Assembly: GCA_900539595.1 (NCBI GenBank) | Contig: UQCQ01000001.1 | Location: 80,626 to 144,625, forward strand | DNA from: an uncultured Mollicutes bacterium | Lineage (GTDB): Bacteria; Bacillota_I; Bacilli_A; RFN20; CAG-826 | Reading direction: 5' to 3' | DNA: 64,000 bases | Shown here: positions 20,333 through 29,729 of the stretch, one piece after another | Position numbering within the stretch: the first letter of the stretch is position 1 | Layout of the letters: every line of letters starts with the position of its first letter | The notes under the pieces: model-generated | Told to the model about the DNA's origin: nothing | What the model saw: the letters and a program-made list of their open reading frames with translations, nothing else | The model's database searches: none | Translations under genes and position numbers: made by a program

Positions 20333-20566
20333 TGTCGAACGTTTCAATATCGACTCTAGCAAGATACATGGAAGAAAGAAGAAATCAAGCAAAATACCCC
20401 AAAGCCTCTTTGCCTATTTCTCGGGCTTTTTTACCTCTTTATAGGACGTTGTCAAAACTTTGGTCCTCTCTTGTTGCAACATTCTCTCACACGCCTAAAA
20501 TGAGAAATCATCAGCAGTGAAAGAGAAGGGTGCTTGTCTTTCTCTAGCGTCTTGAGGAGTATCGGT

Positions 20567-22882
20567 ATGACAGTTATTTACGACGAAAGTCTCGATGGGA
20601 ACTTAGATATTGAGGAACCAAAAATCTGCGTCATGAAGCGTTCGGGCGAACGAACGAGTTTTGATCGCATGAAAATCGTGGAAGCTATCCGCGGGGCCAA
20701 CGAAGAAGAAGGCATCGTTTCTGAGCGTTTAACCGAAGAACAAATCAATGGAATCGCTTATGGCATTATGAAGGATGCCATGAATGCGGGACGCGATTTG
20801 TCCGTGGAAGAAATCCAGGACAAAGTCGAGGATGCTTTGATGGGCACCGGCAAATACAAGGTTGCCCGTCTTTATATCACCTATCGTTATAAGCACGGCG
20901 AAAACCGAAAAATGAGCGATATCGACCAGAAAATCGCTGGTGTTGTCGAACGCTCTAACGAAGAAGTCAAACAAGAAAACTCCAACAAGAATCCGACGAT
21001 TCTCTCCGTTCAACGCGACTATATGGCCGGGGAATGGAGCCGTTATTATACGAGCCGTTATTTGCTTAGCGACGACATCGTCCAAGCTCACCGCGAGGGC
21101 ATCATCCACTTCCACGACGCCGACTATTTTGCCCAGCACGAGCACAACTGCGACCTCGTTAACCTCGAGGATATGCTTCAAAACGGAACCTGCATTTCGG
21201 GCACTCATATCGATACCCCGCATAGTTTCTCCGTCGCTTGCACCGTTGCCAGCCAAATTGTAGCCCAAGTCGCTTCGAGCCAATATGGTGGACAAACGAT
21301 CACCATGAGTCACTTGGCTCCGTTTGTCGACGTTTCGCGCAAGAGAATTGCCAAACGTTTAAAAGCAGAATTTGAATCCGCTGGCATCGAAACTTCCAGC
21401 GATAAGTTCAATCACTTGGTCGAGCAAGAAGTCCGCAAGGAAATCGAAACGGGCTGCCAAACCATCCAATATCAGTTGATCACGTTGCAATCCACCAACG
21501 GCCAAGCTCCTTTCGTGACCGTCTTCCTCTATCTCCACGAAGTTCCGGAAGGCCGCACTCGGGATGACCTCGCCCTCATTATCGAAGTCATGCTCAAGCA
21601 ACGCATTCTTGGAGTCAAAGACCGCACCGGGCAATATATCACCCCGGCTTTCCCCAAACTCATCTACGTCCTTCAAGACGACAACATCGACGAAGGAACC
21701 CCCTATTTCTATTTGACCAAATTGGCCGCGGAATGCACGGCCAAGCGCATGGTCCCCGACTACATCTCCGAAAAGAAGATGTTCGAATTAAAGGGTGATT
21801 GCTACCCCTGCATGGGTTGCCGTTCCTTCTTAACTCCGGACCGCTTCACCGATGCGGGCATTGGTAACATTGCCAACGCTTTGGATTATGTTCCCGGTAA
21901 GCACCGCTACTACGGCCGTTTCAATCAAGGCGTCGTCACCATTAACCTTGTCGATGTGGCTTGCTCTAGTGGCAAAGACGAAGAACGCTTCTGGGAGATC
22001 TTCCGCGATCGTTTGGAACTTTGCCACCGCGCCTTGCAACTTCGCCACAAGCGCTTGCTCGGCACTCCAAGCGACGTGGCTCCGATTCTTTGGCAGGATG
22101 GAGCTTTGGCTCGCCTAAAGCCAGGAGAAACCATTGATAAGCTTCTCTTCAATGGCTATTCCACGATTTCTTTGGGTTATGCCGGACTCGCCGAATGTGT
22201 CTATTACATGAAAGGCGTTTCCCACACTTCGGGAGCAGGGGAAGAGTTTGGCATTCGCGTCATGAAGCTTCTCAATGATTCCTGCGCTAAATGGAAGAGA
22301 GAAGAAAACATCGACTACTCCGTCTATGGCACTCCTCTTGAGTCCACGACCTACAAATTCGCCAAGTGTCTCCAAAAGCGTTTCGGCATCATCCCCGGAG
22401 TTACCGACCATAACTACATCACCAATTCCTATCACGTCAACGTCCGGGAAAAGATCAACGCCTTCGATAAATTGACCAAGGAAGCCCAATTCCAACAGCT
22501 TTCTCCAGGTGGAGCCGTGAGCTATGTTGAGGTCCCGAACATGCAGAATAACATCCCTGCGGTTCTTGCGATCATGAAACATATCTACAACACGATCGTC
22601 TACGCGGAGCTCAACTCCAAAAGCGACCTTTGCGAGAATTGCGGCTATACCGGCGAAATCAAAATCGTCAAAGACGAAACCGGCAAACTCGTTTGGGAAT
22701 GCCCCAATTGCGGCAACCGCGACCAAAGCAAGATGCATGTTGCCCGTAGAACCTGCGGGTATATCGGCACCCAGTTCTGGAATCAGGGCCGCACGCAGGA
22801 AATCCAAGACCGCGTCCTGCATCTAAGCTTAGGAACCTTGGACGAAGAAGCCGAGAAGAAAAAAACGGAAGAAAATAAATAA
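20567..22882 (+). CDS. nrdD: anaerobic ribonucleoside-triphosphate reductase (class III)
   Basis: ATP-cone N-terminus, C-terminal CxxC pairs and glycyl-radical RRTCGYIG. ATG 20567 with RBS GAGGAG. The track start is an upstream TTG. Confidence 0.9.
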   Translation: MTVIYDESLDGNLDIEEPKICVMKRSGERTSFDRMKIVEAIRGANEEEGIVSERLTEEQINGIAYGIMKDAMNAGRDLSVEEIQDKVEDALMGTGKYKVARLYITYRYKHGENRKMSDIDQKIAGVVERSNEEVKQENSNKNPTILSVQRDYMAGEWSRYYTSRYLLSDDIVQAHREGIIHFHDADYFAQHEHNCDLVNLEDMLQNGTCISGTHIDTPHSFSVACTVASQIVAQVASSQYGGQTITMSHLAPFVDVSRKRIAKRLKAEFESAGIETSSDKFNHLVEQEVRKEIETGCQTIQYQLITLQSTNGQAPFVTVFLYLHEVPEGRTRDDLALIIEVMLKQRILGVKDRTGQYITPAFPKLIYVLQDDNIDEGTPYFYLTKLAAECTAKRMVPDYISEKKMFELKGDCYPCMGCRSFLTPDRFTDAGIGNIANALDYVPGKHRYYGRFNQGVVTINLVDVACSSGKDEERFWEIFRDRLELCHRALQLRHKRLLGTPSDVAPILWQDGALARLKPGETIDKLLFNGYSTISLGYAGLAECVYYMKGVSHTSGAGEEFGIRVMKLLNDSCAKWKREENIDYSVYGTPLESTTYKFAKCLQKRFGIIPGVTDHNYITNSYHVNVREKINAFDKLTKEAQFQQLSPGGAVSYVEVPNMQNNIPAVLAIMKHIYNTIVYAELNSKSDLCENCGYTGEIKIVKDETGKLVWECPNCGNRDQSKMHVARRTCGYIGTQFWNQGRTQEIQDRVLHLSLGTLDEEAEKKKTEENK

Positions 22883-22887
22883 AATAG

Positions 22888-22917
22888 AAAGCCACAGGGA
22901 TTCCTTGTGGCTTTTCG
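22888..22917 (+). terminator. hairpin between nrdD and nrdG (AAAGCCACA...TGTGGCTTTT); an attenuator or partial terminator
   Basis: 9-bp stem plus a T-run. The nrdG RBS AGGAGG follows immediately. Confidence 0.4.
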
Positions 22918-22931
22918 ATAGGAGGACAAAG

Positions 22932-23468
22932 ATGCATTACGGACAAATCATGATCGCCGATAGCGCGAACGGAGCAGGGATTCGCCTCACCCTATTTGTT
23001 TCGGGATGCACGAATCATTGCCCCGGGTGTTTTCAGCCAGAAACTTGGGACTTCTCTTTTGGAGAGCCTTATACCCAAGAGGTGGAAGACAAAATCCTCG
23101 ACGAACTTCAAAAACCCTACTACGACGGATTGACGATTTTAGGAGGCGAACCTTTTGAAATCGAAAATCAACCCGCCCTTCTTCCCCTAATTAAGCGCGT
23201 TCACGAAATGAATCCGAAACGAACTATTTGGATGTATACCGGGTTCCATTACGAAGACCTTTTGCCGGGCGGAAAACGCTACACGCCCTTCACGGATTCC
23301 ATTTTGGATAAGATTGATATCCTCGTGGATGGGCCCTTTCAAGAAGAAAACAAAAACATCTCTTTGAATTTCCGCGGATCCACCAACCAACGAATCATTG
23401 ATATCCCCCAAACAAGAAAAGCGGGGCGCATCGTCTTATCCCCGCTTCAAGAAAGTTCTCTTCTTTAA
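22932..23468 (+). CDS. nrdG: anaerobic RNR activating protein (radical SAM)
   Basis: CTNHCPGC motif. ATG 22932 with AGGAGG. The track start is an upstream GTG. Confidence 0.85.
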   Translation: MHYGQIMIADSANGAGIRLTLFVSGCTNHCPGCFQPETWDFSFGEPYTQEVEDKILDELQKPYYDGLTILGGEPFEIENQPALLPLIKRVHEMNPKRTIWMYTGFHYEDLLPGGKRYTPFTDSILDKIDILVDGPFQEENKNISLNFRGSTNQRIIDIPQTRKAGRIVLSPLQESSLL

Positions 23469-26083
23469 TCGTCTTTTTCACTCCAACCAATCTTCTCGGC
23501 GAATTGGTTATTCACCGCGATTTTTAGTTGATAACGATCTTCTTCTAGCTCACTAGCAGGAGAGAGGAAGACCAAAGCCCCATTTTTCTCTTGGCTTGCC
23601 CGGTGGGCGGGCATCACTTTATAAGTGAGCCTTCCTTTTTGTTTCATCGAATAATCCTTGTCGAGGAAGGAAGAACGCTCTAATACGGCAAGCAATTGGT
23701 AACGAGGGGAATCCCCTTCCGCGCGATATAAGGCAAAAGGCCCTTCCCCTTGCCAAGATAGATGCACGCCATCCATCGCATAGGAAGCTTGGAAGTACTG
23801 AATAGGAGTAAAGACTTCGGGAGGAACAAACCCTTTTATCACATAGGTATGCCCTGGAATGGTGGGGAAAGAAACTTCCGTCCCTTCGACGTTGGCGTAC
23901 GCCCCTTCTTCGCTTTCCACTTGAATCGCGGGGGTAATCCCCTCATAACGAATCCGTGCTTCTTGCCCTTTCAAAGAGAGAAGACGAACTTCTTGAATCA
24001 CCCCGCCTTCATAACGGCAGGAAATCTCGAAATTGCCACGGGCTTTTAATCCGCGGAAGGATACCTTTTTCCAAGAAGAAGGCAAGGCAGGTAGCAAAGA
24101 AATATATCCTTCATGACTTTGAAGGAGCATCTCCGCAATCCCAGCCGTCGCCCCAAAATTTCCATCGATTTGGAAAGGCGGATGGACGTCCCAAAGGTTC
24201 GGATGGGTCTTCTTTTCTAGGAGCATTCTTAATAAACGATAGCAATGGTCTCCATCCCCAACGCGAGCCCAGCAGCAAAGGCGATGCGCCAAAGCCCAGC
24301 CGGTGGAGAAATCCCCGCGAAGTTCCAAGGTGCGTTTCGCCGCGTCTAACCACGCAGGAGTTTGATGGGTGATTAAGCTTCCCGGCATTAAACCAACGAG
24401 CTGAGAAAGATGACGGTGATGATATTCGCCGATTTCCCCGTAGAAATGCTCTTCTTGGTATTCTTTGATTTGCCCGCTGTAGCCAATTTGGACGGGGTCG
24501 TAATGGTTGGCTTGAAGACATTCTAATTTTGTGGTGTCGTCTTCTTTTCCTAAAACCGCGGCGATACGTAGGTCATTTAAAGCATTATCCTGCATCATTT
24601 GCTCGTCAAAAGCGCAGCCAACCGTGTGATAATATTGCTGAGCAGGGTCGCTTAATACCCAGTGTCCACCTAAAAGCTGCTCCGGGGAAGCCGAATACGA
24701 GCAAAGATATTTATCGTCGTATTTTTTGACGCAGCGGACAAAGAATTTCGCCATGCCGTGAACGGCGGGTTCGACGTATTGGGATGCAAAATCCTGATCT
24801 AAGGTAAAGGCATAGGCATCATAGAACAAACGACTGGTCATTCCTCCGGTTCCAGGACCCGAATGAGTTTGATGACGCATGCCCTCAATTTCGTAGGCAA
24901 AAGCACCTGTTCCGATGATCCAACCGCATTTCCCTTCCCCCGCTTCATAGGAGGCGGGATTTTCTTCCTGAACCCATTTCGACGCGCTGGTTTGCGCATA
25001 AGGCAAATAGGCCAAGAAGAAATCTGCATAGGCATCAAAAGTTTCACCAAGATTCGTGACAAAAGCCGGCCAGTAATTCATCTGGATATTGATGTTATGC
25101 CAGAATCCGCTCCCCCACGGGGATTTATCATGAGCCGTCCATACTCCTTGCAAGGAAGCGGGCAAACTGCCTTTTCGAGAAGAAGAAACCAAAAGGTGAC
25201 GGCCGTATTGGAAATAAAGTTCTTCTAAATAGGGAATGGATTCCCCTTGACGGCAGCTTTCTAATAATTCATCCGTATAACGAACGTCTTCTTTTCCTCC
25301 AAGATCCAAGTCTACGCGACCCATCAAGGAGACATAATCTTGGAGATGACGTTCTCTTAACTCGGCATAGCCAAGTTCCATCGCGTTTTGAAGACGTTTC
25401 GCAACATCTTCATGAGGATCTTTTCCTTCCGCCTTATGGCTGAAGAAAGTCTCAGGGCAAAGCGAATAAGAAGTTCCTGCGGCATAGAAAATCGATACAC
25501 GGGTCGCTCCTTTGATGCAAAAAGCCGCTTCTTTTTGTTCCACGGCTCCATTAGAAACTACTCCCAACCTTCCTTCATAAATCAGGTTTTTAGCAGGATG
25601 GGTTCCTCGCATCACAAGAACATTTTGATCAAAATAGACCTTTCCTTCTCTTCCGCCATCTTCGATGCTGCGTTTTCCCAAATAGGAGATGACAAGGCCA
25701 ATCTTCAAATCAACGGGCTGATTCGCTTCGATGGAATAAGCGAAACAATGATCGGGGTAGGAGCAAAAGCATTCCCTTTGGATGCGATTGCTTCCATCAA
25801 AAAAGGAAGAGGAGGCACATCCGGTTTGAAGAGACAAGGAACGGACGTAGTCCGTGATGCTATTTTGGGGTTGATAGGCAATATGGATCTCCGAAAAGGA
25901 GGAAACACCCCCATGCGGATAGTCGTTTGCATATTCATTCGTGGTGAATTGGATTTCCTCGTCTTCAATCCCGCCAAACACGCTTGCCCCGAAATACCCA
26001 TTTCCAATGGGAAGAGAATATTTCTCCCATCCTTCGATGTTCATGGGCGCAGGTTGCCCGTAACGTAATTCTAATTTCTTCAT
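23465..26083 (-). CDS. GH95-family glycoside hydrolase (alpha-L-fucosidase-like), cytoplasmic
   Basis: 872 aa with a GH95-type N-terminal beta-sandwich and (alpha/alpha)6 region. No signal peptide. Confidence 0.75.
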   Translation of the reverse strand: MKKLELRYGQPAPMNIEGWEKYSLPIGNGYFGASVFGGIEDEEIQFTTNEYANDYPHGGVSSFSEIHIAYQPQNSITDYVRSLSLQTGCASSSFFDGSNRIQRECFCSYPDHCFAYSIEANQPVDLKIGLVISYLGKRSIEDGGREGKVYFDQNVLVMRGTHPAKNLIYEGRLGVVSNGAVEQKEAAFCIKGATRVSIFYAAGTSYSLCPETFFSHKAEGKDPHEDVAKRLQNAMELGYAELRERHLQDYVSLMGRVDLDLGGKEDVRYTDELLESCRQGESIPYLEELYFQYGRHLLVSSSRKGSLPASLQGVWTAHDKSPWGSGFWHNINIQMNYWPAFVTNLGETFDAYADFFLAYLPYAQTSASKWVQEENPASYEAGEGKCGWIIGTGAFAYEIEGMRHQTHSGPGTGGMTSRLFYDAYAFTLDQDFASQYVEPAVHGMAKFFVRCVKKYDDKYLCSYSASPEQLLGGHWVLSDPAQQYYHTVGCAFDEQMMQDNALNDLRIAAVLGKEDDTTKLECLQANHYDPVQIGYSGQIKEYQEEHFYGEIGEYHHRHLSQLVGLMPGSLITHQTPAWLDAAKRTLELRGDFSTGWALAHRLCCWARVGDGDHCYRLLRMLLEKKTHPNLWDVHPPFQIDGNFGATAGIAEMLLQSHEGYISLLPALPSSWKKVSFRGLKARGNFEISCRYEGGVIQEVRLLSLKGQEARIRYEGITPAIQVESEEGAYANVEGTEVSFPTIPGHTYVIKGFVPPEVFTPIQYFQASYAMDGVHLSWQGEGPFALYRAEGDSPRYQLLAVLERSSFLDKDYSMKQKGRLTYKVMPAHRASQEKNGALVFLSPASELEEDRYQLKIAVNNQFAEKIGWSEKDD

Positions 26084-26096
26084 AAAACGCCCCTTT

Positions 26097-27713
26097 TTAG
26101 ATTTCGCTTGTAGAAATCGACCAACGGTAATTATTCACGCGCAATCCTTCTGGACGGTAAGAAGGAAGCTGCTTCGCTTCCAGTTCTTCAATCGAATCGA
26201 TTTCTCCCTTTAAATAAGCGTTTAATCGGCGTTTTGCATAGGCCATGCGTTCTTTTAATCCACCGAGTCGTGCACATTGGATTTCGTAGCCAAAGGCTTT
26301 GTTTTCTTTGAGCCACATTTTTTCAAACGCGTCTTGGAAAACATTCAAGGATTCCACGATGGCATCGCATTCGTCGCAAAGGAATCTAAGCTCCTTCTTA
26401 TCTTGGGCAAAATAAGCTTCATGGGCCTTGATTCCCCAATAGGCTTTATGTTCTAAAACCCCACACAAAGAAGCGACCATATCAAAGACGTAACGGTAAG
26501 GTTCATTCCGTTTTCCCGCTTCCTCAATTTCTATTTTCATCGCCTTAAAATCCATGGGATCCAATTCTTTGAAGTCCAAGTCATAGACGCCCATCAAGGG
26601 ATCGGAATAAAGCAGGCATTTGGATAAGCTATTGGCCCCGCCAAGCAGCTCGCCTTTTAGGGTTCCTAAATTTGGTTTATCTAAAAGCAGGAAATCTTCA
26701 AAAGACAATCCAAGGACATCCTTCATTTTTTTCGCGATGTCTGAAACATTCTCGTTCCCTTTGGCAAACTCGGAAGCCGCGAAAATAACGGGCAAGGCTT
26801 CATAAAGGGAGCATTCTTTTCCGTTATCTCCCCAGAGGGTAAGCAGGTAATGCTCCACATGATTTTTTCTCATGCTTTGGAAAGAAGCTTTCAATAGACC
26901 GAGCGAATAGGCATTCTGCGGGCAGAATCCGCGCCAGGTATATCCGGCGCCAGCGAACCAAACGGGATGATGGAATTCGCCATAGAATTCAAACATGCGG
27001 TCATAGAAGTGGGGATCTTCATGCCCGTAGTCCCAATAGGCGAGGCTGACGTTAGAAGGAATCCGATTCACCACCTCTTCGGGAGCGTGGAAATTTTCAA
27101 TGTCGATTTCATCCAAATAATGGCCATTATTAGACAAACGAACGAACATATCGCCCCACATATGGCAGTCAAAATCATATTTTTTGGCTATTTTAGCCAC
27201 GCGTTCCAAATGGCGGGCGATGATTTCGCCTTGCTTTTCGTAACCATATTCCCGGAGATGCTTCCCATATCCAAGGTTATAGGCTTCATCCATTCCAATG
27301 TTGAGATTTTTCGAAGTAAAGCAAGCCCGGACATTGGCGATTAAGCGTTCAATGAAATCGTATACCTCCGGCTTATCCACGTTGAGGATATCGTCGATAT
27401 CAAGCAGTTTTTGGAAGCAGCCAAGTTTCGCTGGATTCGTGAAATGCGCCAGGGTTTGGATGCAGGGAATAAGTTCTACTCCTTTGGAAGCGCAATAACG
27501 GTCCAATTTTTGGATTTCCTCCTTGGAATAGGCCCCGCGAAGATATCCAAAATAGGGCTCCCCATCGATTTCATAAATATCTTCGCTATAAAGTTCTAAC
27601 GTGTCGTAGCCCATCTTGGCAATCAAATCCACGAAGCGAATCAATTCGTCGTGATTTAAAACCCCATTACGGGAAACATCGACCATAACACCGAAATGCT
27701 GATATCCTTGCAT
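26097..27713 (-). CDS. GH20-like beta-N-acetylhexosaminidase/lacto-N-biosidase-like TIM-barrel hydrolase, cytoplasmic
   Basis: GH20 catalytic-domain pattern (VMVDVSRNG...LELYSED...IPCIQTLAHF...NIGMDEA). ATG 27713 with AGAGGA. Confidence 0.7.
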   Translation of the reverse strand: MQGYQHFGVMVDVSRNGVLNHDELIRFVDLIAKMGYDTLELYSEDIYEIDGEPYFGYLRGAYSKEEIQKLDRYCASKGVELIPCIQTLAHFTNPAKLGCFQKLLDIDDILNVDKPEVYDFIERLIANVRACFTSKNLNIGMDEAYNLGYGKHLREYGYEKQGEIIARHLERVAKIAKKYDFDCHMWGDMFVRLSNNGHYLDEIDIENFHAPEEVVNRIPSNVSLAYWDYGHEDPHFYDRMFEFYGEFHHPVWFAGAGYTWRGFCPQNAYSLGLLKASFQSMRKNHVEHYLLTLWGDNGKECSLYEALPVIFAASEFAKGNENVSDIAKKMKDVLGLSFEDFLLLDKPNLGTLKGELLGGANSLSKCLLYSDPLMGVYDLDFKELDPMDFKAMKIEIEEAGKRNEPYRYVFDMVASLCGVLEHKAYWGIKAHEAYFAQDKKELRFLCDECDAIVESLNVFQDAFEKMWLKENKAFGYEIQCARLGGLKERMAYAKRRLNAYLKGEIDSIEELEAKQLPSYRPEGLRVNNYRWSISTSEI

Positions 27714-27880
27714 ACAAAATCCTCTGTTAGCTTGATTGTACATGGAATTCTATCAATCGTTTCTTCCTATTTTCACCATGAGTAAAAAACATGAAAAACT
27801 TGTACAAAAAACAAACCAGCAAAACCATAGTTTTATTAGATTCCATAGGCCAAAACTCCTCTTTATGCCATAATGAACAC

Positions 27881-28771
27881 ATGAATTTTACTTTAGAAAA
27901 TAACGTTTTACGGATCGGGGTCACTTCTTTTGGAGGAAACCTTACCTCCGTTTTTGATAAAACCCGGAACGAAGAACTCTTCTATCAGCCTCTTCTAGAA
28001 TCTTGGCAACGTCAGGACCATTTCCTCTTCCCCTTCACGGGAAGAATGGTCGATGGGAATTACCTTTATCGCGGCAAAACCTATACCATGCCGATGCATG
28101 GCTTGTTATTAAACCAAGAAGGGCGAGGAAGAAAAGGATCCGATACCACCATCGAAATCGTTTTTGCCTCTAACGAAGAAACGTTAATCCATTACCCCTT
28201 CCCCTTCGAAGCAAAAGCCACATTCTCTCTTTTGCCCCACGGGGTTCAAGTTGCTTATGAAATCCAAAATAAGGGGGACAGTACCCTAATATTCGGACTT
28301 GGCGGCCACCCCGCATTCCGCGTCCCTTATCAAAAAGAACCAAATGGAATTCTAGAAACATCCGGGAACATCCTTCTTCTTCCACCCTGCAAAGAAGAAA
28401 TCAAAATGACGGAATTATTGCCGGGAGGATTCGTCAGCAATCGTCTTCTAAAAGTCCCCGGGCTTCAAAATAACGTTATTGATTTATCCTCTGATTTCTT
28501 CCAAAAAGTAGACACGGCAATTCTTGACTCAAGGAACTTTGAAGAGGTCGTTTTAAATAAGAAAGACGGATCCAAAATTCGTTTCCACTTAGGGTCTGCT
28601 CCCCATCTATGTTTGTGGCGGAATTTAAAAGGGGATTTCGTCGCCATCGAGCCCTGGTTATCTACTCCTGATGTTTTGCCTCTAGAAAAGGATTTGGAGA
28701 AAAAGAAAAACCTCCTCCATTTAGAGGCGGGGAAAACATTCGTCTACTCCTATTCCTTTGATATTGAATAG
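27881..28771 (+). CDS. aldose 1-epimerase (galactose mutarotase)-family protein
   Basis: N-terminus MNFTLENNVLRIGVTSFGGNLTSVF is typical of mutarotases. An alternative upstream ATG is at 27791. Confidence 0.65.
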   Translation: MNFTLENNVLRIGVTSFGGNLTSVFDKTRNEELFYQPLLESWQRQDHFLFPFTGRMVDGNYLYRGKTYTMPMHGLLLNQEGRGRKGSDTTIEIVFASNEETLIHYPFPFEAKATFSLLPHGVQVAYEIQNKGDSTLIFGLGGHPAFRVPYQKEPNGILETSGNILLLPPCKEEIKMTELLPGGFVSNRLLKVPGLQNNVIDLSSDFFQKVDTAILDSRNFEEVVLNKKDGSKIRFHLGSAPHLCLWRNLKGDFVAIEPWLSTPDVLPLEKDLEKKKNLLHLEAGKTFVYSYSFDIE

Positions 28772-28820
28772 CAAAAGGCCGTCTCCCCATCGCAGGAAAC
28801 GGCTTTTTAAATTCAACGGT

Positions 28821-29441
28821 TTATCGCGGGTTATAATCGTAAAAGCAGCTATAATCCAAAGGCTTATTTAGCTCAGCATTGTAGGCGTAATAAAGCGTCG
28901 TTCCGTCCTCGTAGTCCTTGAATTCCTTTTTCACGATGGTCTCGTTGTTTTTGCTTAAGCAATAACCAGCACGTAAATAAGGAAGATTAATCTCGGGCCC
29001 TTCAGAGCCATCCGCATAAGAAAAGGAAGCATCGTCTCCATTCCGATGGATGACAACCGAATAAACATCAGCATAGTTGACTTCGATCTTATCGATTTGA
29101 TCATCAATATAGCATCGCCCCGGCATCATCTCTAGGATCATAACGTCCCCCGATCCTTTCAAGGTAATGTCAAGGGCATCTCCGCCGATTAATTGGTCGA
29201 AATCAATGCCAAAATCTTCTAATTTCAATGGAACGAAATCCCCTTTTTCGTTTCGGTATTCAACATCGTTACAGTCATTGAGGAGTTTATAATACGATTC
29301 TTCTTTTCCTTCGAATGACAAAAAAACATTTGTCACGGCAAAAAGGCATTCAGTCGGCTCCGGCGGAGTCTCTGGGGTGGAGTTGCATCCTATTAAAGCC
29401 GCTAGACCGGCGATGAAGACAAAAGCGTTGCGTTTATTCAT
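28821..29441 (-). CDS. small lipoprotein of unknown function
   Basis: MNKRNAFVFIAGLAALIGC lipobox. ATG 29441 with GGAGAGG. Confidence 0.7.
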   Translation of the reverse strand: MNKRNAFVFIAGLAALIGCNSTPETPPEPTECLFAVTNVFLSFEGKEESYYKLLNDCNDVEYRNEKGDFVPLKLEDFGIDFDQLIGGDALDITLKGSGDVMILEMMPGRCYIDDQIDKIEVNYADVYSVVIHRNGDDASFSYADGSEGPEINLPYLRAGYCLSKNNETIVKKEFKDYEDGTTLYYAYNAELNKPLDYSCFYDYNPR

Positions 29442-29679
29442 ACAGCACCTCTCCATGGTTTGATTACTTTTAGGATATATATGAAAAAAGCAAGTAAACG
29501 TGGAAACGGATGCTTTTGAGAATGACGACGCCACTTAAATAATCAGGCCTTGATGTTCATGCAACTCCTTTAAGCAACCCACATTCCAGTTGTAATCACG
29601 GTTTTTATGCTAACAAACAGGAAGCGCGAATATCGATTTCAACTCCACGTTTAGAAACTCTCGTCAAATCTTGCAAACG

Positions 29680-29709
29680 AAAAGGCCGCCTTTTCGACGG
29701 GCAGCCTTT
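29680..29709 (-). terminator. rho-independent terminator of htpG
   Basis: On the minus-strand RNA: AAAAGGCUGCC-loop-GGCGGCCUUUU followed by CGUUUG. Confidence 0.65.
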
Positions 29710-29729
29710 TCGAATGGATATCTACGGTT

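Noticed and set aside
20393-20566. NrdR box upstream of nrdD
   Set aside because: There is only a short GTTGCAAC palindrome. I did not see the typical tandem 16-bp NrdR boxes, so the evidence is insufficient.
16522-22905. N-terminal extensions in the ORF track (pflB from 18843, nrdD from 20534, nrdG from 22905, fnr from 20392, sufC from 5220, degV from 15492, exoprotein from 53123, and lipoprotein starts at 48032, 58868 and 29534)
   Set aside because: The track M is a TTG or GTG, or an ATG without an RBS. In each case a downstream ATG has a strong Shine-Dalgarno and gives the canonical family N-terminus or a proper lipoprotein signal peptide.
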